Shown here: positions 27,300 to 37,492 of the stretch, piece after piece
How positions within the stretch are numbered: position 1 is the first letter of the stretch
How the letters are laid out: every line of letters starts with the position of its first letter
DNA from: a virus
Lineage: Duplodnaviria; Caudoviricetes
Length of the DNA stretch: 64,000 bases
Strand: one strand, 5' to 3'
IMG/VR virus record: IMGVR_UViG_3300033066_001054
The notes under the pieces: generated by a model
What the model was told of the DNA's origin: nothing
Database searches by the model: none
What the model saw: the letters and a program-made list of their open reading frames with translations, nothing else
Made by a program: the position numbers and the translations under genes

Positions 27300-28076
27300 A
27301 TGCCATACGGAACACAAGCGCTCAAAATCATCGGCTATGCAAAGCCGCAACCTTTCGAAATCACCAGTGGCAAGATGATTGTCACCGACCCTTGCTATGA
27401 CAAGGAAACGTGGTGTCAAGCCAAGCTGGACAACGTGAAAATCGGTCCTTGGTGGGCCACGGTCGAATACTCTGACGAAGACGACTGGGGTGTGCGCGTC
27501 GCTCAAATTTGGGTTTGGCACGACAGCCTCGGAATCACCGAACCCGGTACTTTCTTCCCGCCTTGTCCTGAGTATATCCCCGCTGACATCGGTGTCGATT
27601 CTGGTCAAGCCGGATTCTTCGACCTCGATAAGTACCCGGACGACCCTCACAAGGACGATGCGTTCTATGATGCGGTCTGCAAGCTAACGCTGTCTGGTAT
27701 TCCTTACAGCGTGCTGGAAGAAGTCGGCGTGTACCCAATGGCGAACGTGGATAAGCTGTCTGACGAACAGAAGGCAAATCGCACAAGTTCGGACTATGAT
27801 GACCGAAACGCTTACCATATCAACAGATTCACCAGTCGCGATGGTGATAACACTTCATCTAAGCAACGCGACAAAAGCAAGCTGGCTGACGCTCTTGCGT
27901 TGCATGGTTCGCTTGGTTCGTTCGGTGTGCTACCGTTCGGCGCGGTGTCATCGTCAGGTTTTGGTGATGGTGGTTACAACCTGTGCATTAAACGCGATAG
28001 TAATGGCGAAGTCGTCGCTGCGCGAATCGAATTCATCGTTGAAGACCCCGAAGACGAAAACGACGAAGAAGAATAA
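27300..28076 (+). CDS. DUF4241-like protein
   Basis: SGKMIVTDPCY, IGVDSGQAGFFD, SSGFGDGGY motifs. Confidence 0.65.
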   Translation: MPYGTQALKIIGYAKPQPFEITSGKMIVTDPCYDKETWCQAKLDNVKIGPWWATVEYSDEDDWGVRVAQIWVWHDSLGITEPGTFFPPCPEYIPADIGVDSGQAGFFDLDKYPDDPHKDDAFYDAVCKLTLSGIPYSVLEEVGVYPMANVDKLSDEQKANRTSSDYDDRNAYHINRFTSRDGDNTSSKQRDKSKLADALALHGSLGSFGVLPFGAVSSSGFGDGGYNLCIKRDSNGEVVAARIEFIVEDPEDENDEEE

Positions 28077-28156
28077 CCAACGTGTGCCCGGAACTTCGGT
28101 TCCGGGCATTTTTCATTCCGGCCCCGGAACCAGCAAATCAATCAAAACAAACCATC

Positions 28157-29812
28157 ATGGGATTATCAACCACAACCCCAACCGCACACAACTTTGAAAT
28201 GCACCCTGACCTACTTCGGTCAGTCATCAAGAAGCAAGCAGGTACCTTGGACAAGGCACTTCTTGAAGGCATTATGAACTCAATCGACGCCGGCGCGAAG
28301 CGGGTCGACGTCACTATCGAACCGTTGCGTGTGACCATCAACGACGACGGTCGTGGTTTCCGCAACGCTGATGAAGTCAAGGACTTCTTCGCCACCTTTG
28401 GCACACCACACGAGGAAGGCGACGCAACGTATGGTCGTTTCCGAATGGGTCGCGGTCAAATGTTCGCATTTGGTATCAACTCATGGCGAACTGGCACGTT
28501 CAAGATGGATGTTGACATCAACAAGCGTCTTGGTTTTGAACTTGAGGAAGAACTGCCCAATCAGATTGGTTGCAGTATCGAAATCAAGCTGTATGACGCC
28601 CTGTCGCTTGCAGACGTACACAACACAACCCGCGCCATTACCAAGATGGTCAAGTACACACCAGTACCCGTTTACATCAACGGCGAAAAGGTGAACGTTG
28701 ATGTTGACCCCAAGAAGTTTCCACAGACCATTGAGGAAGCATACATCAACACCGAATCATCGAAGTATGGCGGTCTTGATGTTTACAACCTTGGTGTTCT
28801 TGTCTGCACCATGCCTGCATGGAAGTTCGGGGTGTCTGGTGTTGTTGTTAGCCGTCAACAACTTGACGTTAACTTCGCACGAAATGACATCTTGGCAACG
28901 TGTAAGGTTTGGCGCAAAATCAAGGCTGTTGTTGATGCCTCTGGCAAGAAGGAAGTGACGCGACGTGCGACGCTTACCGAAGATGAACAAGAGAACATCA
29001 TCAACCGTTTGGTGACGCAAAACCTGAGCGTTTACGAAGCAGACGGCATTCGGTTCTTGCGCGACGTAACGGGTAAGGCTTGGACACCTGCACAAGTGCG
29101 ACGCGCAAGGTTTGAAGCCTATAGCGTGGCACCGCGTGGCAACGTCTACGGCGATAAGCTGATGCAAACCGGCAAGGCTATCGTGTTTGATGAAGGGTGT
29201 ATTGCGTTATTCGAGTGCGAACCGCATGAAGTGTTCAAGAAGTTCCCATTCACGGGTATGCCGTCGTTTGCGACTCTTGACAGTCTGACTACTGGCATTT
29301 CTTCAACCGGCACAATCTTGCCCAAGAAGCAATGGAAGCCAAGCGAAAAGGCTTGGAATGCCGTGGCACGTCGAATGCAAGGTTATCTGTCACAAGGCAG
29401 GTGGGATATGAACCAACGCCGATACACCTATGACTACAAAGCAAGGCGTATTGACATTGGTACAAGTGATGTCGCTAACGGTTGGACTGATGGTGCGACG
29501 TACATCGCTATTGGACGTGAGTTCTTGAAGGGACTTGCAATGTTCAAGCGTGGTGTGCCGAACATCAATGCGTTCACCAAAATGGCACTTCTGCTTATTC
29601 ACGAAGCCTGTCACAACACAGATTCGAGAGAGAACGTACACTCTCCTGACTTCTATCGTGAGTACCACGACACCACCATAAAACACGTTGGATGGATGGT
29701 ACAGGACGCTCTGTCATACATGACACCTGCACGATACAAGTATCTGTCTGGTAAGGACGTGGACTTGGATGAAGCGGTAGAAATGCCGTCTGAGTCCGAA
29801 CTAGACGAGTAG
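28157..29812 (+). CDS. GHKL (Hsp90/MORC-like) ATPase domain protein with C-terminal HExxH
   Basis: EGIMNSIDAGA, INDDGRGF, YGRFRMGRG; LLIHEACH near C-terminus. Confidence 0.8.
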   Translation: MGLSTTTPTAHNFEMHPDLLRSVIKKQAGTLDKALLEGIMNSIDAGAKRVDVTIEPLRVTINDDGRGFRNADEVKDFFATFGTPHEEGDATYGRFRMGRGQMFAFGINSWRTGTFKMDVDINKRLGFELEEELPNQIGCSIEIKLYDALSLADVHNTTRAITKMVKYTPVPVYINGEKVNVDVDPKKFPQTIEEAYINTESSKYGGLDVYNLGVLVCTMPAWKFGVSGVVVSRQQLDVNFARNDILATCKVWRKIKAVVDASGKKEVTRRATLTEDEQENIINRLVTQNLSVYEADGIRFLRDVTGKAWTPAQVRRARFEAYSVAPRGNVYGDKLMQTGKAIVFDEGCIALFECEPHEVFKKFPFTGMPSFATLDSLTTGISSTGTILPKKQWKPSEKAWNAVARRMQGYLSQGRWDMNQRRYTYDYKARRIDIGTSDVANGWTDGATYIAIGREFLKGLAMFKRGVPNINAFTKMALLLIHEACHNTDSRENVHSPDFYREYHDTTIKHVGWMVQDALSYMTPARYKYLSGKDVDLDEAVEMPSESELDE

Positions 29813-29871
29813 TCCGACATTGGGGCAGGTGGAAACACCTGCCCCTTTTTTGTTGTATAAGTCCAACTACC

Positions 29872-30315
29872 ATGGACGAAAAACCCACACCCAAACCCGA
29901 AGCAAAAGCCAAAGCTGTTGAAGCCGAGGTAGCACCGGAAACAAAACCGGAACCCATCGTTATCAAAGCCGAACCATTGCTAGAAGTCAAGGACTCAAAT
30001 GGTGAAACCTTACTCAAGGTTGAGGCACCAGTACCTGCAATGCCTATTGAACCACCATCGGCACCAGAACCACCCAAGGCAGAAGTACCTGCACCTGAAC
30101 CCGAGAAGGCACCAGAATTGCCCAAGGCACCAGAGCCAGCGAAGCTATTCTCTGTCAAGACAGATGCGTATAGCGCATGGGTGACACAGAATGGTGACAA
30201 GTCATTCCTTGCCAATCTCGAACTAACAGGTGGTTCAGCGTACAACTGGCCAGCAGGGTCTGCCAGCGAAGCAGAAGAATTGCTGAAGTACCACATCGCC
30301 AACCAAAAGTTGTAA
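29872..30315 (+). CDS. Pro/Glu/Lys-rich hypothetical protein
   Basis: low-complexity PEPK/APE repeats; preceded by a terminator hairpin and TGTATAAG rather than the array motif. Confidence 0.65.
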   Translation: MDEKPTPKPEAKAKAVEAEVAPETKPEPIVIKAEPLLEVKDSNGETLLKVEAPVPAMPIEPPSAPEPPKAEVPAPEPEKAPELPKAPEPAKLFSVKTDAYSAWVTQNGDKSFLANLELTGGSAYNWPAGSASEAEELLKYHIANQKL

Positions 30316-30395
30316 AAGTATCTTGTCGGTTCATTTCCATGACGACATCTCCTTTGCGCGGCCCCGGAAACGGGGTTGCGCTTTTTTAGTTTATC

Positions 30396-30683
30396 ATGTC
30401 AACGATGAACGATGACCAATTCTTTGAGCACTATAAGCCGATTAAGAACCATCTGGTGGCAGATGCGCCAGAAGGCGGCTGTATGTTTGAAACCTACGGC
30501 CCCGAACTGGATTTTGTCCGGGCCCAAAACCCAAAGAACATCTGGACCTTGATTGACGGTGAAAACGACAATATTGTCTACATGGCCGGTTTCCATCTGG
30601 TAAACCGAATCGGATATCTCATTACCGAAGTCCCTTGGGAGACTGGCAATGAAGAAATCGAATGCGAAGGGGTGCCGGCCTAG
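30396..30683 (+). CDS. conserved phage hypothetical protein
   Basis: MFETYG...IWT...GFHLVNRIGYLITEVPW; ATG 37 nt after motif. Confidence 0.8.
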   Translation: MSTMNDDQFFEHYKPIKNHLVADAPEGGCMFETYGPELDFVRAQNPKNIWTLIDGENDNIVYMAGFHLVNRIGYLITEVPWETGNEEIECEGVPA

Positions 30684-30721
30684 CCGGCCCCGGAACCAAC
30701 ATCGAGGTAAAATAAAACATC

Positions 30722-31402
30722 ATGGCAAACCCACAGGTTCATGCACGTTCTTCAGCCCGCAAGTTCGGCGGCACATGGGAATACTATATCGACATACACG
30801 CATTTCTCGACAGCTCAAAGCTGCACTATGCGAAGGCAACTCATCGAGCTTTGTTGCATCACGAGTTTGGCAAGCAGTTGGCGCAGGATATCTTTAGGGC
30901 TGAGTTTGACGATGGCCTTCCTGAGGATGGAACGCTTGAAGGTGCGTTGTTTGTTGGGAAAGTGGTTGACCAGCACTTTGCCGAGGACTTCACTCGCTTC
31001 ACTCCGACCGTGGCCAAGTGGTTCGAGGGTTCAGACGCAAGTCTACGGCCTCAGATGAGCCGCAGGCTCACCGTCGATGAGCAATGCGCCGAGAGCGTGC
31101 GCCACTTTGGCGGCGACCCAGAGGATTATCGAGAACTCCACGAGTTCATCGACTCCATTACGGACGAAATCGAAGGCGCGTGGGGCATCACACACTCCAC
31201 CTTTGGTCTTGGGCTGGCTGAACAATGGTTCGGCTATGTCATAGGTCCCCGAGATGTTCCTACTCGAACAGTCGCAGAAAAGCACATCCTTGCCGAGTAT
31301 CTGGCAATCCCTTCAGTCCAAGACTGGTTGGCTGCCGTACCTATTCAGCCCTGGATGTATAACCAAGCCGCTCAGTTGAGCGTGGAACTGCAAAATGCTT
31401 AG
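30722..31402 (+). CDS. DUF6915-like protein, internally duplicated
   Basis: HARSSARKFGG..YIDIH.FLDSSK..HRALLHH repeated as ESVRHFGG..YRELH.FIDS..ITHSTFG. Confidence 0.7.
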   Translation: MANPQVHARSSARKFGGTWEYYIDIHAFLDSSKLHYAKATHRALLHHEFGKQLAQDIFRAEFDDGLPEDGTLEGALFVGKVVDQHFAEDFTRFTPTVAKWFEGSDASLRPQMSRRLTVDEQCAESVRHFGGDPEDYRELHEFIDSITDEIEGAWGITHSTFGLGLAEQWFGYVIGPRDVPTRTVAEKHILAEYLAIPSVQDWLAAVPIQPWMYNQAAQLSVELQNA

Positions 31403-31592
31403 CCCAGTTTACGAGCAATGCCTAGCGGCCTACAACAAGGGTGGCTTCACCGCCGCCCTTGAAGTGGCCGAAGCCAACGGAATCACCGACAGTCGCTATT
31501 GCGAACCATGCGAAGCTCAGTCTTTGTGCGTCGATGGAGTTTGCGCTGCGTGCGGCTCGGCCATGCCGGCCCCGGAATCAACCGGGGCTTAG
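31395..31592 (+). CDS. small zinc-finger-like protein
   Basis: CEPC and CAAC pairs. Confidence 0.6.
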   Translation: MLSPVYEQCLAAYNKGGFTAALEVAEANGITDSRYCEPCEAQSLCVDGVCAACGSAMPAPESTGA

Positions 31593-31604
31593 GCCAACAT
31601 CAAC

Positions 31605-31841
31605 ATGGAAAACGTTCGACCCGAACACGTCAACCATACGGCCTGGGTGTTTGAAACCGAAATCGGTCCGCACGAAGAGCCACGCGACTATCACTTCGAC
31701 GCAGAAGGCCTTGAGGCCGCTATGCGCCACTCCCAGCAACTGCTCAAGGAAGCACAAGACGAAGGTCAGGAAGTGTTGTGGCCTCGCCTACGACCATATG
31801 GTCTCAACGCCGATGAAACCTACGAAGTGAAACTGGTTTAG
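31605..31841 (+). CDS. hypothetical protein
   Basis: ATG 38 nt after motif. Confidence 0.7.
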   Translation: MENVRPEHVNHTAWVFETEIGPHEEPRDYHFDAEGLEAAMRHSQQLLKEAQDEGQEVLWPRLRPYGLNADETYEVKLV

Positions 31842-31879
31842 CGGCCCCGGAATCGAAATCAACAAGGAATCAAAACATC

Positions 31880-32347
31880 ATGCAGATTGAAGAAATCGCT
31901 CAAATCCTCTCCCAGCGCGAAGCTGGTCAAGTGTTCACCGTCGAGATGATTCGCCCTGGAAAGGTGCGAGCTGGTGTGGTACAAGACATCCAGAAGCACA
32001 GCGTGTTTCAGGGTCAGCATTGCGACTACGCCAACCGCTCGCCGGTTCGCGAAGCAATCGAAGCCGGTGTTCGTGGCGAACCTGAACTTCCTGGTCACAT
32101 CGCATACTCGTTCCAAGAGAACGGAGTGCGGTTCTGGCAGGGTAAGAACAGCGAGGTCTACCTTCCGGTGGTGGTGTTCGACAGCCACAAGAAGTCCACG
32201 TGGTACAGCAACGGGGTCGAGGTGCCCAAGAAAGACATTGCCATGTATCTTATGGCTTCGGAGACTTACAAGCCGAAGGATAATACCGACAAGGGGCAAG
32301 TGCCGTTCGTCGGCATCAACATCAAGCACATTCTGGACATCCGGTAA
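31880..32347 (+). CDS. hypothetical protein
   Basis: ATG 38 nt after motif. Confidence 0.75.
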   Translation: MQIEEIAQILSQREAGQVFTVEMIRPGKVRAGVVQDIQKHSVFQGQHCDYANRSPVREAIEAGVRGEPELPGHIAYSFQENGVRFWQGKNSEVYLPVVVFDSHKKSTWYSNGVEVPKKDIAMYLMASETYKPKDNTDKGQVPFVGINIKHILDIR

Positions 32348-32405
32348 GGTGCGACGCTTCCGGGGTTCCGGCCCCGGAAGCAACAATCGAAGGAATCAAA
32401 CAATC

Positions 32406-32939
32406 ATGGGATGGATGTCAGGCTGGAATAGCCGCCAAGAACTCGTAGACCACCTTACAACGCCACATCAGTGGAACAATGAAGGCAAGCAACACACGTT
32501 GCGAGTTATCAAGAAGTGCTTCAGGGGCAACAATCTCTGGACCATTATGGAACTGGTGGTCGATGGACAACAGACCGACAAGTTTATCGTACTGTTCATG
32601 CTCAAGCCGTTTGGACACGAGGGCTGGGGCTACAAGGACGTTGAAGAGACTTGCGGCCCGACTTACTACAACTGCCCAGTGAGCTGGCTGGACGAAGTGC
32701 CGGACCCTGGCTCGTTTGCTACGGCCTGGCGCGAAAACGTGCGCCAAGCAGCCACAAAGCTGAAGGCGTTCAAAGACGGCCAACGCATCGTGTTCCCTTG
32801 GGAAGTTCGATTCGGAGACGGTGTAACTGCCAAAGAGTTTACCGTAGAGAAGTTTCGCCGGCGCACATTGTTCCGCCGACCCGATGGCGTGCTATGCAGG
32901 CTGACTAAGCGGATTCAAGAGGCCGCTCAACTCGCCTAA
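32406..32939 (+). CDS. DUF6927-like protein
   Basis: GWGYKDVEETCGPTYYNCP...AWRENVR motif; ATG 37 nt after motif. Confidence 0.7.
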   Translation: MGWMSGWNSRQELVDHLTTPHQWNNEGKQHTLRVIKKCFRGNNLWTIMELVVDGQQTDKFIVLFMLKPFGHEGWGYKDVEETCGPTYYNCPVSWLDEVPDPGSFATAWRENVRQAATKLKAFKDGQRIVFPWEVRFGDGVTAKEFTVEKFRRRTLFRRPDGVLCRLTKRIQEAAQLA

Positions 32940-32981
32940 CGACCCGGCCCCGGAGCTACGGCTCCGGGGCTTTCTTTGCTT

Positions 32982-33206
32982 ATGCCCGAAATCAAAAACA
33001 TTCGAGTCGTAAACGTGTCGTCTTTGTTCGATAAGGACGACCTTGAACTGTTCCAAGACGAGGTGACAAACCGGTGGACCTGGGGCGATACCAAAATGTC
33101 GCTGGTGCCCATCACCGAAGTACGAGATGTGGCTTTCGAACTTTCGATTCTGAAAGTCGAGGACGGAGAACTGGACGAAGACATCTTTGTGGACCTGAAC
33201 AACTGA
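32982..33206 (+). CDS. hypothetical protein
   Basis: ATG 37 nt after motif. Confidence 0.7.
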   Translation: MPEIKNIRVVNVSSLFDKDDLELFQDEVTNRWTWGDTKMSLVPITEVRDVAFELSILKVEDGELDEDIFVDLNN

Positions 33207-33207
33207 T

Positions 33208-33366
33208 ATGCCAAAAGTCGAGCTAAAAGCACCATACGATGCCATTCTGCGCATCGTTCTGAACTATGCACGTTCCAATGCGGACGACATTGCCGAGACC
33301 ATCGAAGGCCCGTTCGCAGAGTCTGATGTTGAGGAACTTGCCGAAATCACGGGAGTCGAACTGTGA
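33208..33366 (+). CDS. hypothetical protein (52 aa)
   Basis: fills the gap, coupled to both neighbours. Confidence 0.55.
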   Translation: MPKVELKAPYDAILRIVLNYARSNADDIAETIEGPFAESDVEELAEITGVEL

Positions 33367-33758
33367 AGAAGTACAACTTCGATGTGTCATACACGTCCAT
33401 CACCACGATGTCCGTGATTGCCGAGTCTGAGGAAGCGGCGCAAGAGGAAGTCCAACAGCGATTCCGAAATCAACCAAACTTGACTTTCGGACTATCTGGC
33501 ACCAAGGAACTCGAGTGGTTCGCATCACGTTGTGACACAGAACTCGGAGCGTGGTACAACGACGAGTACGAGCGAATCGAGAGCAATCACGAAAAACTCG
33601 GCCCGTTCGTCTCTGCTGAAGAAGCACTAAACGCCACACGTACACAATGGGGGTACTGCGGTACATTCCACAAGTCGTTCAATGAGTCGTATACATCATC
33701 CGACCAGCAACGCGACGGCATGAAAGACTACACAGTCTACGCCAAAGAGGTCGTTTGA
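33363..33758 (+). CDS. hypothetical protein
   Basis: GTGA overlap. Confidence 0.65.
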   Translation: MKKYNFDVSYTSITTMSVIAESEEAAQEEVQQRFRNQPNLTFGLSGTKELEWFASRCDTELGAWYNDEYERIESNHEKLGPFVSAEEALNATRTQWGYCGTFHKSFNESYTSSDQQRDGMKDYTVYAKEVV

Positions 33759-33799
33759 CCACCGGCCCCGGAGCTTCGGCTCCGGGGCTTTTTTCATTT

Positions 33800-34048
33800 A
33801 TGCCCAATCACGATTTTTCAGTCGAAGACCACGGTTCAATCTTCCTTGTGACTCCACACACCGACGCCGCAAAGGAGTGGTGGGAGACAAGAGTAGACGG
33901 TGGTCAGTCGTTCGGTCTCGGATACGCGGTCGAACACCGATTCATTCAGAACATCAGTCACGCTATCTTGGATGCTGGTATGAGCATCACCAAGGACGGC
34001 AAGACTATGGCAGTGTCCGAAAACACAGGAGACCTAGTACTGGTATGA
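33800..34048 (+). CDS. hypothetical protein
   Basis: ATG 37 nt after motif. Confidence 0.7.
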   Translation: MPNHDFSVEDHGSIFLVTPHTDAAKEWWETRVDGGQSFGLGYAVEHRFIQNISHAILDAGMSITKDGKTMAVSENTGDLVLV

Positions 34049-34182
34049 GAATCCCCTATTGGCACGGTACGAGACCCGATGGCTCATGGAAGCCTGGTCT
34101 TAAGTTCAAACTTGAGCGATTGTGCAACCGCATTCGCTCGCGATTCGGCTGGGACCCATTCGACTCGGAATAATCTTGTATA

Positions 34183-34656
34183 ATGATGACTGTGCAGTAC
34201 GAAAAAGCCTTGAATAAGTACGGTCGTCATCATGAGTTCCGAGACGAATATGGATATATTTGGGTGACTGCGCCTATCGGTCACCCACGTGCAACCAAGT
34301 CGGTTCAAGGTAAATATACTGGATATGTAAAGCGGTGTGTCTTGGTGATAGAACTCAGTTTAGGCCGTCTATTATTAGCTGGTGAAGCGGTGCATCATAT
34401 CAACGGGTGCAAAGATGATGACCGAATAGAAAACCTTAAGGTTATGTCATTTACTGAACACTCAAGATTGCACCAAGCACAAAACAATCCAAGGAAAAGG
34501 ACTGGTAGTCCTGGTATTGGCGAACCATGCACTAGATGCTCAAAGGCATTAGATACACCAAAGCGAGGATTGTGCAACGCGTGTTATATGAAAGCCAAGA
34601 AACACAAAAAGAAACATGGTTGTTGGCCAGTTTTCGCTCTTCAGTTTGGTGAGTAA
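34183..34656 (+). CDS. HNH endonuclease (homing type)
   Basis: GYI...HPRA...LGRLL...VHHINGCKDDDRIENL; C-terminal CxxC pairs; AT-rich; lacks array motif. Confidence 0.85.
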   Translation: MMTVQYEKALNKYGRHHEFRDEYGYIWVTAPIGHPRATKSVQGKYTGYVKRCVLVIELSLGRLLLAGEAVHHINGCKDDDRIENLKVMSFTEHSRLHQAQNNPRKRTGSPGIGEPCTRCSKALDTPKRGLCNACYMKAKKHKKKHGCWPVFALQFGE

Positions 34657-34697
34657 CCACCGGCCCCGGAGTTTAACTCCGGGGCAAACCCTACATC

Positions 34698-35381
34698 ATG
34701 CACAAACCGGCAACCGCAGTCGAACTGAGTCGAAACTCCAAGATTGGCGACGCAAGCGCAACCTATGTTTCACAAGCGTCATGCCCCACAACTTGCCCTT
34801 TCAAGAACTCCGGCTGCTACGCCGAGACTGGAATGACGGGTATTCACACCCACCGGCTGAATAAATCGGTCATGAGCGACCCCGAGGCTATCGCAGAATG
34901 CGAGGCTGAGGCGATTCGCAAGCTGACCGGTCGATTCCCGTTGCGCTTGCACGTTGTCGGAGACTGCACCACCGACGTTGCTGCTGACATCGTTTCAGCC
35001 GCGGCCTCGGAACATCAGTCGAAGCACGGGCAACCAGCGTGGACATACACTCATGCCCACAACGTCCGACGCGAGTCGTGGCGGGACATCAGTGTTCTAC
35101 GGTCGTGCGAGAACATCGAGCAGGTTAAAAAAGCCCACGATGATGGCTTCGCCACCGCGATGGTCGTACCTGAGTTTGAGCGCGAAACCGCATATCCAAT
35201 TGCCGAGGATATCGTGGGCATCCCGTGCCCACAGCAAACCGGTAAGGTTGCGAACTGTATGCAGTGTCGCCTGTGTATGCAGGATGGCAAGCTACACCGC
35301 AGTCGGCGCACAATTCTCTTCGAGGCACACGGCACCAGCCGGAACCGCCTCGTGAACGTCCTCACCGGCCCCGGAGTTTAA
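34698..35381 (+). CDS. Cys-rich Fe-S-like phage protein (gp88-like), paralog 2
   Basis: colinear with 12491..13180 (LTGRFPLRLHVVGD, KHGQP.WTYTHA, SVLRSCE, AMVVPEF). Confidence 0.8.
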   Translation: MHKPATAVELSRNSKIGDASATYVSQASCPTTCPFKNSGCYAETGMTGIHTHRLNKSVMSDPEAIAECEAEAIRKLTGRFPLRLHVVGDCTTDVAADIVSAAASEHQSKHGQPAWTYTHAHNVRRESWRDISVLRSCENIEQVKKAHDDGFATAMVVPEFERETAYPIAEDIVGIPCPQQTGKVANCMQCRLCMQDGKLHRSRRTILFEAHGTSRNRLVNVLTGPGV

Positions 35382-35402
35382 CTCCGGGGCACAATAATCA
35401 TC

Positions 35403-35657
35403 ATGGCAATGTTCATCAAACTCGCACGTGGCACGGATGTTGCAGTACATCTCGGAAACTCACTACCTGCCAGCGTAGTCAATGACCTACAAAACGTCAC
35501 AGCGGTTCAAGCTAGTGACAAAGAACTCGAGCGGCTGCAGAAAATCTTCTACAACTGCTTGCCAACCGCACACGGCCGCAAAACGGTAACGTATGTGGGC
35601 GACACAGCAAGGTTCATTGTGGCCAACTGGATGACCGGCAAGCACACAGAAGATTGA
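35403..35657 (+). CDS. hypothetical protein
   Basis: ATG 37 nt after motif. Confidence 0.7.
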   Translation: MAMFIKLARGTDVAVHLGNSLPASVVNDLQNVTAVQASDKELERLQKIFYNCLPTAHGRKTVTYVGDTARFIVANWMTGKHTED

Positions 35658-35695
35658 CCGGCCCCGGAGTTACGTTTCGAGACAAACCAATCATC

Positions 35696-35896
35696 ATGGC
35701 AAATCCAACGGTTTTCCAATGCCTGACTTTGGCGGCGGCTATCGACCTGTATGCTAAGACTGGAATCAAGGCAAACAGGTCGTACACTCCGACCAATATG
35801 CTCAGAACCGCCAGCAAGCTGACTGGCAAGACATTCAAGCGGGGTCAATACCAAGCGGCCTCGGAAGCACTTAGGGAGCACGCAAAGACAATATGA
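35696..35896 (+). CDS. hypothetical protein
   Basis: ATG 37 nt after motif. Confidence 0.7.
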   Translation: MANPTVFQCLTLAAAIDLYAKTGIKANRSYTPTNMLRTASKLTGKTFKRGQYQAASEALREHAKTI

Positions 35897-36294
35897 AACT
35901 CACTTTCGACGCAAAACTCGTCCAGCAACTGCTGGATGACTCAAAGAACGCCAAGGAATGGCGACTGGCATACGGTGAAGAGTTCAGCGACAAGTCTGAA
36001 GCCCGACCAGGACTTTGGATTGTCGGAGACCAGGGCGTGTACCTGATGTCCAACTCCAAGACCGGAATCTTCAAGCCGAGCAAGGCTGGAGAGGAGCCGA
36101 GTCACCTTGTGGCGTATGCGCACCAGTGCGACCCTACGGGTGATTTCGACACCTGGTGGGAGAACAAACGCGCTGCTTTCGGTGGCGATGATGGCGTCGA
36201 GTTCCTCAGTGCCGAGTTCATTGAGGCTGCGCTGGCGAAGGCAAAGAACGGTAAGATGGCGATGTACGTCACGCCGACGAAAATCAAAATCTAA
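35893..36294 (+). CDS. DUF3085-like protein
   Basis: LWIVGDQGVYLMSN, VAYA..CDP, FGGDDGVEF. Confidence 0.75.
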   Translation: MKLTFDAKLVQQLLDDSKNAKEWRLAYGEEFSDKSEARPGLWIVGDQGVYLMSNSKTGIFKPSKAGEEPSHLVAYAHQCDPTGDFDTWWENKRAAFGGDDGVEFLSAEFIEAALAKAKNGKMAMYVTPTKIKI

Positions 36295-36382
36295 CCACCG
36301 GCCCCGGAGCTTCGGCTCCGGGGTATACTTTCAATGTCGCCGCCCATTTTTGGCGGCAAATGGCTAACAGGAAAAACCTACT

Positions 36383-37447
36383 ATGTCAAACCCATACACT
36401 CAACTCGCAGTTGCTAAAATCCTTGGCAACGGTTCTCCAATCCCTCTACTGCCTTCTGGTAACAAGCCGGTCGCCGTAGGGTTCGCCCATATCTCGCCAG
36501 AGCAAGCCGCCAAACTTGTCGAGTGCAAAACGCTCTACGCTGTCCGTCGCCGGTACGATACCAAGGTTAAGGAATATCGTTCCACTATGGACGCTGGCAA
36601 TTGGTCTGATGACTGCAGCATCTCATTTGTGGTGTTGCGAGGTCACGAGGACCAGTGGTGCATCGCCAACGGCAATCACCGCCTCGAAAGCCTGTCCGGC
36701 GCGAAAATCCCCGGTCTGGATGTGCAGGTAACGATTCACCTGGTGGAAACCAAGACCGACCTTCAACGGCTAGTCAATGGCATGGACAGCGGCAAAAGTC
36801 GAAGCAATGCTGACAAGCTCATGATTGGCGGCTTCGGACACCTGCCCGACTTGAAACTGCTCGGCGGCTGCCTTGGTGCGCTGCGGTATGGTTTCACGTT
36901 CTCGCAGTCAAGCATGGAACACAATGACATTGTGGCTTCTGCTAAGGCATGGGAACCCTACTACACCGCCTATATGGAAGTGATTACTGGCGACATTCCA
37001 GAACTTCCGACCATTCCGACTTACCAGCAGGATGCAATGGCTGCTAAGTTGCGGACTAACGTGGTGGCTTCGGTTGGCATGGTGACCTTCAGCAACAGCG
37101 ACCCAGATATGGTTGCGATGGCAAAGGTGTTCTGGCGCGGCTTGCGAACTCTTGACGCCCAAGGTGATGACCGCTTACAGGTTTACATCAAGGAAACCCA
37201 AGAACTGTTCCACCAGCTTTCAGAGTCCGCTCTGAAAGGCAAGAACCCGCTTCGCTCCGAAGGTGGTCGGCGCAGACTGTTCCGACAGATGTGCGTTCTG
37301 TGGAATGATTGGGTGGATGGTGCTGAAAAGCCTCGAAGCCTGACTTCAGTCACCGAAGAGATGTTCCCCGCAATCAAGGCAACCAACCTTGACGGTACGG
37401 CGAACAAGGCATGGTCTTCAATCAAGCGCGATTGGACCATCGTCTAA
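36383..37447 (+). CDS. ParB/Srx-like N-terminal domain protein
   Basis: ISPEQA.KL...Y...M..GNW...ANGNHRL...MDSGKSRS (variant of DGQHRL). Confidence 0.6.
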   Translation: MSNPYTQLAVAKILGNGSPIPLLPSGNKPVAVGFAHISPEQAAKLVECKTLYAVRRRYDTKVKEYRSTMDAGNWSDDCSISFVVLRGHEDQWCIANGNHRLESLSGAKIPGLDVQVTIHLVETKTDLQRLVNGMDSGKSRSNADKLMIGGFGHLPDLKLLGGCLGALRYGFTFSQSSMEHNDIVASAKAWEPYYTAYMEVITGDIPELPTIPTYQQDAMAAKLRTNVVASVGMVTFSNSDPDMVAMAKVFWRGLRTLDAQGDDRLQVYIKETQELFHQLSESALKGKNPLRSEGGRRRLFRQMCVLWNDWVDGAEKPRSLTSVTEEMFPAIKATNLDGTANKAWSSIKRDWTIV

Positions 37448-37492
37448 TGCAACCTCGGCCCCGGAGCTTCGGCTCCGGGGCTTTTTTGCTTT

